From Tubulanus polymorphus (lineage: Eukaryota > Animalia > Nemertea), in contig NC_134033.1 in the NCBI RefSeq assembly GCF_964204645.1, positions 4,860,231-4,924,230 on the forward strand: a DNA stretch of 64,000 nucleotides. Direction: 5' to 3'. The translations under genes and the position numbers were made by a program. Under the pieces are notes generated by a model. It searched no databases and had not been told where the DNA came from. It saw only the letters and a program-made list of their open reading frames with translations. Shown here piece by piece: positions 1 to 10,672 of this stretch (position 1 is the first letter of the stretch; the number at the start of each line of letters is the position of its first letter).

Positions 1-342
1 CGTCTCTAAAACGCTTGAATTCATCCATTGTGTAAAACTAAACTTGAGTCGTCTACACGTGTTACAGTTGTTTGATGATTTTTACGCGCGTTGCGATGAA
101 GAAAATACTCGGTACCACCGAATCAATAACGAATAGCGAATAGCGTATGACGATTAACGAATAGCGAATAACGTTTAGCGATTGACGAACAGCGTGGCGG
201 TCCAGGAATTCCGAACGGTTGAGGTTTTCAAAAAGAGAGAGATCGTGAAAATATATACATACAAGCATTCATAGAATGTGTGCATTTTACGTGACGCATT
301 GGTAGGTGTTCCATTTCATAGATTACAGGTTTCTCTCTCACG

Positions 343-1411
343 ATGAATTTCAGTTCGCAGACGACTTCACTACTCTTTACAACTACTAGAAATCCCTGCT
401 CACCTTACTTATTCCAAAACGTATTGTCAATCAGCGTAAAACTAGCTGGAGGTTTTCCTATCAGTATCGTCGGAATAATTTTGAATAGTTTCAGCATTGT
501 GATTTTACGTCGCCAAACTTCAAATCACATATGGCTCTACATTCTGCGATGTCTGGCAGTGGCTGACATAATCTTTCTTACATTTCACATAATTCAAGAG
601 CCTTTTCGTTTCATTGTCTCCGGTTTGACCCAGGGTAGTCATATGTTCGTGATTCCTACGAGTATGAGTTGGGGTATTCGGCCATGGATCTATCGGGTAG
701 CTTGGTTACCGAGAAACTCAGCGCAAGTGACAAGGAACTGGATAACTGTACTACTAGTTTTAGAAAGGTCTTTTTCTATCGCTAGGCCATTCTTCGCTAG
801 AACTCATTTCACAATACCAAGGGTAAGAATTGTAGTTTGTTGTTTCTATATTATTTTTGGTATCTTAGGCTCTCCATTGATTATCGGTACTACAGTAGGT
901 ATCTGGTTTTATGACGAATGTAATAAAGTCGTCATGAAATCCATCCGCCTGAGCAAGCGATCCCATACGAAGATACTTTCTCATTGAAATATTTACGTCG
1001 ATTGATCACTTTCCTAGTCCTTTGTATAAAGAAATCCTACCTGCTTTATTGCTAATAATTTTCAACAGCCATCTGATATGGACTCTGAAAAAGATTAGTT
1101 CCAGGAGAAAAGAAATGACACACGAAGGCGAACAAAGGCTAGACGTGAAAGCTATCAGGATAGCTGTACCTATTGTTATTTTGTTTGTCGTCTGCGAAAT
1201 CCCTGCTTCGTTCCGATCTTATAACAGTTTCATCGGTCGCTTCGTCAAAATGCCACCTATTAAATACTCTCACACCATCTATACCCTTCAAGAACTGTTT
1301 ACCGATCTTTTACCGACCTTGAACTCGTCTGTAAATTTCTTTATCTATTACATAGCAAACGATAATTTTAGAGGAACTGCAATAAAATTGTTGAGAAGGC
1401 GGCCAATTTAA
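343..1411 (+). pseudogene. Intronless class A GPCR (FMRFamide-receptor-like), frameshifted copy
   Basis: Split over ORFs 343-987 and 1022-1411; versus 36764-37828 it has a +1 base near 949 (atccgcctgagc vs atccgcggagc) and a 3-nt insertion near 987; ERS, CEIP and NSSVNFFIY motifs present. Confidence 0.88.
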
Positions 1412-1587
1412 ACTCAGTCGAGCGAAACAGATATATTTTGGATCCGTCCAGGCTTTTTTAGATTTCAGAGCCCTATCCCCTACGCCACATTTGACGAGGA
1501 TTTAAAATGTGTGATTGCCGTTTAATCACTAAACCAGTTAATTACAAAGATGGAACAGAATTTGAAAAAATCACTCTGGATACTTAA

Positions 1588-2605
1588 TCTTCCGCTGGGG
1601 ATATATTTCTTCATTATCCATTCAATGTGGGGAATCAATTTTGGCCTTTATTGTCTTATGATTTCTATGTAAAGTTAGATACATTTCCAGTGTAGAGACC
1701 CTCCTAAAACCAATATCTGTTATGAAGCTAATAGGTATCTCTACCAGAAAATGTTAGTTATAAAAAGTTTGGACCTACGGGTGCAAGGTAGGGGGGTCCT
1801 ACCCCCCAAAACCTGAGGTCAAGTTGAGGTCACGCAACCAAAAACGTCTTTGTATTGCACTTTAGAAGCCAGAATCTTATACAAATAAAATAGTAAATAG
1901 CTATTTTCTTTCATAATATCATAGGACAACGAGAAAACCATCCAGGGCAGTCGTTTTATTCTTTGGGGGGTCAGAAATTTCAAAAAATCCTCAGGGTCTC
2001 ATAAAAGTGAAAATCGCTCAATTTTCGCTGATTTCGTAATCACTTCTCAGTTGTTTGGTTTCTTTGGGTTTCCTCAATGTTGATCCTCTGAATCCTCTAG
2101 ATATCTCATTTCCTTGATATAAAACGTGTCAGGGAGTCATCTGGGGGTCACCTTGACCCCCCAGATGACCCAGGGTTTTCAGATAATTAGGCTCCTAAAA
2201 ATGAAACTTATTCAAATGAAATTCAAAGAAATCGTTCAAATTTATTCAAGCATTAATTTGAGAGTTTATTTAGTGATAAGATTGCATTTTGCAAGTTTGT
2301 TTAGTTAAATGATTGATATGTTCTAGGCGATAATTGAGCTGGGTATGGTATATGTCGAAACAAGGAATATGGTCCAAAACCGCTGATACAACACTCACAT
2401 TCCTGGTTGCCGACGACAACCAGTACATACTGCCTGTGTGTGTAGAGTATATACAATCGCTTGTGAGCTCTCTATATGTCAGCAGCCAGGCTCGACTAGT
2501 TTGCCATCTATCGGGGGTAATAGGAACCGTCACTTGAGGCGTGACCACGACCTAGTCTCTTTGTTTAAGCTGTCACGTGAGGCGTGGTGACGCCAACTGA
2601 AGAGT
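1588..2605. mobile_element. Non-autonomous DNA transposon inserted at TTAA, present only in copy A
   Basis: Copy B has the empty site tacTTAAagttg (~37999-38010); here TTAA flanks both ends (1584-1587, 2606-2609); imperfect TIRs tcttccgctgg / ccaactgaaga. Confidence 0.8.
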
Positions 2606-5600
2606 TTAAAGTTGCTGGGAACATTAAGATAATGATTAATGCAACATGAGCCAGGTACTTTGAAATGGATGTTGTCATTGCGAATTTATTAAAAGAACTG
2701 TTGAAGGTCTCTTTAAAACTGTGTACATTAATTACTTTTTTAATTAATTAATTTTTTTAGAACATCAAATCTCTCTATGGATCCAATTAACCCGATTGCC
2801 TTCGTTCTTGCACTTTATGTCACAGTATCAATATCTCCGACGATCTTAGTTATTACGTAATAAGCAAATTGCGATACTTTGTGATATTTGCTAACAGTAT
2901 GAATTCAAGCGTATATGCGGCTTTGTGTGATATGTAATACGTATCATAGCGAATTGACAACGTGAGGGTTGTGAAATTGGAGGAACTGATGTGGAATAAC
3001 AATAGACCGAGATCTACCTATCTAGAGTCGCCGTGACAGAAATGAAACAGCGCGAAATGGCTTCAAAATGATGACTTAAAAAGTTCGTAGCCACTATAAT
3101 CTACATATAGAATAATTGTAATAAATCGTTGAATCTAATTCTGTCTTCTGTAATGAATTTCTATGTTCGCAATAAAACACTGACGTTCACTGGTACGAAA
3201 AACAACCGCTTCTATTACGAGATTATATGAAATTGAGAGGAGACCTCAAAATAACAAATAACGAGTGATTTGAATCATCAATTAAAAAACCGCGTCTTCT
3301 AAAAATACACCCGAGAAATATCGACATCAAAAAATCGCGCGCCCAAAATCAGCTCAAATACCAATGAAATAATTCACCCATATAAAACCAGAAATCTAGG
3401 TTCCACAGGAATAGGGCCCGACCAAAACCGGCTGTCTGAACCTGAAACCAGTTGTACGTAAGTAAATGTCATTTGTATTTCATAAGAAGTAGAGTTCAAC
3501 TCTTCAACTCTTCATCTTACTCAAATCACACTTAACTCACAAACTGTCAAAAATTTCCAATCAAGTTCAATTGTAAATAAATGCAACTTTATTGTTAAAA
3601 AGTTCCACTTAAACTTACATATTCTGTATTTTATATCAACAGCTGAAATTATGTTTTAATTAAAAGATCTATCAACTAAGTATTCTAACCTAACCTATAT
3701 ATTCGGCCTACCCATTCAGGCTAGGGTTTGGGGGTAGGGAGGCGGATACTGAAATTGAGAGACATGATATACAGGTCACACCGGAATTCTTCAGTCACTC
3801 TGTCATCATCATTCAACTTAAGGATCAATCTTCTGTGACTAGGGGATCTTGATCTTCTCACTGAAGTAGAACATACAGGCCGCACCTGAATCGGGCCACT
3901 CTGTTGTGTGCTGGGGGTGAAGACACGTACTCTGTGGCCCAGTCTTCTGGGGTCTTGTCTCAGCGATGACCCTGAAATTGTCATGTTTATTTCAAGTAAA
4001 ATATTTACATAAAAGGCGTTGTCTTATAAAACAATACATTTGAAAAATCTGAAATTCTGTAAAAATAAAAAAAAACATGAAAATAGAGAGAAACCCTGGA
4101 ATAAAAGAAGCATGAAATACAGGAACATGAAATAAAGATATGAGGCATAAGTAATAAACAAACTGCTATTTCTATCTGTAGACCCAGAGACCCACAGGAC
4201 CCTGACGTAAATAGCACCCTATTTACTAATTAACGCATTTTATTTAAGATTGTATTAATATTCATGCATTTCTATAACTTACTAACTCACCAAGTAAGTT
4301 CCTAAACTAATTAAACCTATAAAACATAATTTCGACTGTTAATGTTTTTCTAACTTACAATTTATCCAATCCTGTGTGTGTAATGTATGAATCCAATGAT
4401 AATCCTTGAGTCAATTTGAATCCTTGTGTTTTTGATAACAGTTTTTTTAGCACAGTTTATATCAATCCAGAACTAGTTTGAGCGCGATTTCATTCCAAAT
4501 AAATCCTGAACAATAATACAATTCAAATTCCATTTAATTTCCAGTAACGGCTCAGTTTTTGAGAACGGTTTATCTTTCGTCCATCCAGAATACATCCTGA
4601 TATGTTCACAAGAGGGGTCTGCTTGTTTTACGGGAGACAGTTTGAGCACCTCTATCCAGACTGGTAAACCATACACCATCGCGATAACCTCTAGGTGTAA
4701 ACATATACAAGACACCCAGTTGTAATAATCTGTGCGAACGACAAGAATTGTCGAACACAATGAAGTTTCATATTTCATATTATCTAACTATTGGGGTCAC
4801 TGGTCATAATCCATCTTCGCTCTATAAACTGCGCGGCGACTCTAGTGAAGAAATCAATCTATTCTGAAATGCATGAAGTTTATATCGGTATAAATCATAA
4901 ATCTCTGATAGCAAAATGATTTAATTTGAAAATTGAATTATTAAAATTGCCGTTAAAACCAGCTTCCAAAACTTCCTCATTAATGATTGGACGCATAATT
5001 AGTCATACTCGTCGATGATTGGCTAATTTGTACGAAATATGCATAAACTGGATGATTTACGTAAGTTCTCAGCGGACCCGATATTTACGCGGGAACCTTA
5101 CAAATGGTTCCACCTTCTTAGGAATAAAAGTTCCATCACTTCTGTGAAAATCCACCCTCCGAAGACATGGCTGACTTCAGCCCCGGAAATCCAGGAAGAA
5201 AGACACTGAATATTTGGATGGATGAAAGCTGTGGGTACTGGAGTGTGTAATGGGTAGTGTAGTGCGATCTGTGTGCATTTGTGGCCAGCACACCGATCAC
5301 ATTTTTCATTGGGGTGTGGTCCAGAACTCACGAGATTTTCAACAACACGGAAGTAACGTGTAATAAATGATGACTTGAATTGCATGACTACCTACCACCC
5401 CTCATTATTGTTGGAAAACTAAACGTTCCGCACTGACTAAAAATTAGTAATAATAATTAATAAAATTTTAGAAATGGCCAGAATTTTAACTTAGGTTCCA
5501 TCTCATTTTTATTTTACAATTGCGATTGGTATAATTTTTTTTTAACGGCCGTTATGGCTTCGTATATCGTCTGCAATTCACTGCAAATAGTTACGCAACT

Positions 5601-6109
5601 ACGCACGTGTTTTTGGCAGCTGTACACTCAATCGGCACCGTTCGTGACTAGCTTCACTGTGGAATTATCATTAATCAACATCGCCATATCACATCATCAA
5701 CTCATATTGTGCCTTAAAACCCTAACAGCCGACCTTAATTGAAATGCACACACGATTTCTACCATTGAAAATTGAGAGAGTGGCCATGTTTGTGTTCTGC
5801 TGCTTCGCGTAAATCCCGCGCGGTGGCGCAACCGCGCGGAGTGGGGCCGATACGTCTAGCGGCAATATCGTTCTTGACTCCTTGAAAGGAATTGTCGCCC
5901 ATAGGGCTGATCAGGTCAGGAAGGTCCGCTGATTTTTTCATCTAATAAATTTCACATTTTTATCTTCCTCCATTTGCTTATCTATAACACGAGGATATAT
6001 TTACTCTTTTATCGATCCATCTAAATCTGTTAAACTTCCTCAACCAAAGCGATTGTTTTGGCTATGTATATACGGGTATAGGTGAATCAATACTTTCTAT
6101 ATCACGACG

Positions 6110-9100
6110 ATGAAGACACGTCTGTTCTTTATAATCTGCACAGTTTTGTTGCAACTGGGAAATTTATACATTACACAAACATCTGGAGCTGAAAGTAAGT
6201 TACTGCAGCAGCCATTACTAGACTTTGTGATTATATTTCAGTCAGATTTGCGAATTCGATGACGTCACCTGTTAAATAATAGATTTTCTACAGGCCCTAA
6301 ATGCAACCTGACAAAACAACAAACTATGAACACATCTGGTTGACTTAATTTCGCATGAAGTCTGTATCTTGATGTCTGGTTTGATAAAAAACGAGTCGCT
6401 TATCACCTCACTAACCAGGGGTGGAGTCAGACGTTTGAGTAGAGGGGTCAAGTGCAGTTTTTTCCCAGGTATCTCTTATATATTTCAATGAAAAATACAT
6501 TCATAAATTAACCGTGTGCAGTAATTTCCGGCAGACGCCGCGAAACAGAAATCGATAAAGATTTGAATCGTGGTTTATTCTATCATTAATATGATTGATG
6601 TTTATATTCATTTGTTTCAGCAATTTACGGGACGCCTCATTCTGCTCGAGATGCAAAACCCGACAATAAAACGCAAGGAGAAACGATTCGATATACTTGT
6701 AAAATAATTGGCAGAAATTCTACAGTATCATTCCAAGAGAAGAGAAACGGTTCGGAACAATGGGAAACAGTTCCAGACGACCAGCTTAACAGAACTAAAG
6801 ACAAACAGAATGTTGAGTTGGTTGAGCTAAAATTCCAAGCAGATTTCAAACTACACAATGGATCTTCATTTAGATGTCTTGTAAATGAAAGCCCAACAGA
6901 TCCGGAACCTAATCAGTTTGATCTGATCGTAGTTAAACGAACTGGTAAGTAACAGTTTGTGTTGCTTATTGAAATAATCAAATAATCTAGAGCATTAACT
7001 TGCATTCTTGGTTTTCCTAGAAATATCATAGAGTCAAATTGAGCTGATAAAATGTCTGATATCTGGTGTTTGTAGAGTTCGTTTTTAGCCCATTTTGGAC
7101 TTTAGTCCCAGCGGGCTAGTGCGTTCACTTTTCGTCCGTAGACGGAATCCAGTTATTTTGACGAAGATTCAAGACTGGCAGCCATTGTTGTTCGCCAAAA
7201 TCAGCACTTATTCCACATTTTTCAAGTTTTTAAGGGAAATTTTGAAGAGACTTTTATCAATTATCGTGGTCTTTCGTAAATATTTTCATCCCCCAAAGGG
7301 CCCATCAGCACGAGAAAAATTTGGCCGATCGGACTCAAGATGGTCGTCCTTTGACCTAGGCGCTACAAATAGCAATCGATGTAGATTTTAATTGTGGTTA
7401 GTTTCATCATTAAATGATTGATCTCACTATCAGAAATAATCTGAACACGAAGCATGGGAAGCATGGTTCGATACCCTCTAACACCCCACCCCCCCCTCCT
7501 TGGATTTTCTTCTGATAAGTTATTCGAAGTTTGACCGAGTACTTTGCTTGGGAAGGCTATTAAATGTGTACTGTGCTATATATTTATATTCATTCGTTTC
7601 AGAAATCAATCCAATGCCAGATCTCAAAGGAAACCCCGACAGTAAAACACAAGGAGAAATTGTAAATTACACTTGTAAAATTGTCGGAAATTTTAATGCA
7701 ACATTAACATTCCAAGAGAAGAGAAGAGCTTCAGAACAATGGGAAACAATTCCAGACGACAAGCTTCACAGAGCTAGCAAAAAGAATGTCCATTCCGTTG
7801 AGCTAAAATTCCAAGCAAATTTAAAACACAATGGAACGTCATTTAGATGTCTTGTAAAGGAAACCCCAACAGATCTGGAACCTATTCAGTTTTATCTAAT
7901 CGTACTAGTTAATCGAACAGGTAAGTAACTGTCTGTGTAGCTAATTGAAATAGTTAAACAACTTAGAACATTAAAACTTGCTTTCTTGGTTTTCCAAATT
8001 GTGCCGATAAAATGTCCAATGTCTGGTGTTTGTAGTTTCATCCGTACTGTTTCATTTTCAATTAAAAATGTCCCTGGTCAAGTGCTGAACACATGTGAAA
8101 TGTGGACGATCAATTTTTTGAAAGTTTTCTTTTGAAATATCTCGTGTAAATATCATCTGTTGGACCGCGGTTTGTTGCCTCCTCCTGTATTTATTCCGTC
8201 CGTTCATCTCCGTACAAGAATAAATTTTGTGTCAACCATTTTACGGCTCTCAGATTTAAGAATTAGATCGTTGATTTCACCGTCTGAAGCTCAATTTTCT
8301 GACTGGCCACGCAGGAAGTATTCTTTAATAGGCGCCGCATTCATAACGGATCTCATTTTCGTGTTTGTTGTTCATTTTATGCGAAAAGGCACATTGATTT
8401 ACAAATCAGCTATTTTTCGTTCCGTGTACTATACTTAGTTTACGCAAAGATCCAGCATAAGGTTTTCTAATTTTTGCACAGTCAAAAGAGTGAAAAAATT
8501 GCCTAAAACCATTAACTTCATCAGGTGACGGGTGGAAACCAATGACATTTACTGAAAAATGGCTAAAAGCTGGGTGGGTCCAGGAGGAGGTATGACATCA
8601 TGTGACCAGTGATAGTTAATAACAATAAGCGTTACTACGGCGTTAAATGCATATTTGTTCATTACGGAAAACACTTTTTTTCCAGGCTACTTTGAAAGCA
8701 AAGCCACACGCAGTGAAAGTTACTTTCAAATTGTAGTTTTTTTCTCTCATTTCAGATGATTCAAGTTCCACTCAAATCCCGACGACTGAAACCACTACAT
8801 TCGGGTCAGTATTCATTTCGAGCTAAAAATGTCCGACGGTAAAAGTTCCTAGACGATGTAAGGGTTCCTGTTGTTTCGTAACAACGGTTGATACTAGACT
8901 ACGTATCACACTCTGCTTTGCGGTCTATGTGTTTTGTAAAAATAACTTGATTCGATATCTCGCTTGTCTCTGGTTTCTGAATAAGAATCACGTGCTGGTT
9001 GGTGTATTTATAATGCTGATGTTTAGATGTGTCGGGGTCAATGAAACTGGAATTGTAATAAAAACTGGAACATTCACTAATTATTCATGTCGTTTTCTAC

Positions 9101-10672
9101 CATCAGCTGAAAATTTGGGAATAAAGGCAATCGAAAAATATGTGACATCGATGCCGCTACCACCAGCCCTGCTTTTGTTCAATTCTTCGCTGTTAATTTG
9201 TTTTTTGATCGTAAATTTCGTCCTTTTCATTCAGAGTTCGCCTGGTTACTACTGAAGAAAAGTTTCGCTCGAAAAACAAGGTCATTATGAATTTAACTTA
9301 TAATATCAAACTTTCATGTGGAATATAGTCCCCGGATCCATCGCACAATTAATACCCACTTAACGTGGGGTAAAACAAAACAAACTTTGGAATAATTATA
9401 TACATAAAATATAATTTTCATCACCTTAATATTTATTTATGTATTCATTTTTTTTCTCAGACTGACCCAACCGCCCAACCTAAACTGGGCCAGACTGACC
9501 GCACCACACATGACTGGACCATGACGATAGTTTACATCATTAGTGGAGTTATCGGTTTCCTCCTCATCATCGTTATTATCGTAGTCATCGTTTGCAGGTA
9601 TTTTACTAAACTAACACGGTAGATTTCTGAAGAGATTATAACTATGTCTGATTCGACCGAAGTTAGGTCGATTGTTGTCGTTAGTTCCAAGTCGAGTTTG
9701 TTGGTGACGTCATATATAAATGATAACGTAACAGCGCGCGTGTCTACTTACTTCGATTAGAACATACACGACAAATGTTGTTATTATATTCTGGGCTTTC
9801 CCGACAAAATGGCTGATAACCAACAAAAAAACTAGTCGCATTTGCTTTTTGTCACAACAAAATAGCCTATAAGGAACGTGATAAAGCATTTTGATTTTAT
9901 AATTGGTCGGAAAACAGGTTTTCGTAAGGTAGGCCTACTGGCAGTACATTAAACTGTTCAAATTCCAATAAAAAATGTCGAAGTTCCAATTTTCTCTAAT
10001 TATTCTTCAAAGTAATGACGACTTTGATAAACTCATAGGAATTGCAGAGACGGATCAATACACGAGCTTTTTATGCGCAGTTAACTCTTCTTTTCAAGAA
10101 GTTTTTCTAGATGCGGGCTTTGCAGTAAATGATCCGTACAGTATGATCTCTGATCAAAATCTTACATTATTTCAACATTTCTTTCTCGCTCGATTTCTTC
10201 AGCGCAAAACTACCCATTTTTCAGACGCAGGCGACGTTTCAGTGGAGATCGTGTGGACACTACACCCGAGTCTACAACACCGCAGCAACAACTCGAGATG
10301 GTGCATGGAGTCAACGACGAGTTGAATGATGTCATAGATTCGGGTAACGAAACTGACATACCACACACCAGCAATCAGAAAGTTACTACAGATCCGTGCG
10401 TGGATACTGAGGCCACAAACAACAAATATACGACTCCTTATATGGATATGGAAGCCGGGGGAGACACGCATAGAGATCAGTTCTCGAATCCCGAACCTTT
10501 CGTGACGTATCATCAGTTAACGGAAGATACTGGTGAACCTGTGAAAGATGATATTCAACATACGGATTATTCTTACGCTTCTGTTGAATATACTCGTGAA
10601 CAATTTCCATTAGGGGGCGCCACTGGACAAACAGTAACTGATTGTACATACACAAAACATACTAGGTTTTAA
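6110..10672 (+). CDS. Type I membrane receptor with 2 Ig-like domains and ITIM/YxxM tail, ~468 aa; exons 6110-6194, 6621-6944, 7603-7920, 8756-8804, 9235-9280, 9461-9597, 10225-10672
   Basis: All introns GT-AG with compatible phases, 1407 nt in total and open; signal peptide MKTRLFFIICTVLLQLG, two phase-1 exons with YTC...HNGxSFRC, S/T stalk, TM IVYIISGVIGFLLIIVIIVVIVC followed by RRRRR, tail with YMDM and VTYHQL. The two small stalk exons have weaker donors (gtcagt, gtcatt). Confidence 0.85.
8172..8617 (+). mobile_element. HINE/Helitron-type non-autonomous element in intron 3 of the Ig receptor
   Basis: Subterminal inverted repeats gcctcctcc / ggaggaggt, ccgtccgt-like tract after the 5' end, T-rich termini. 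Confidence 0.5.
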
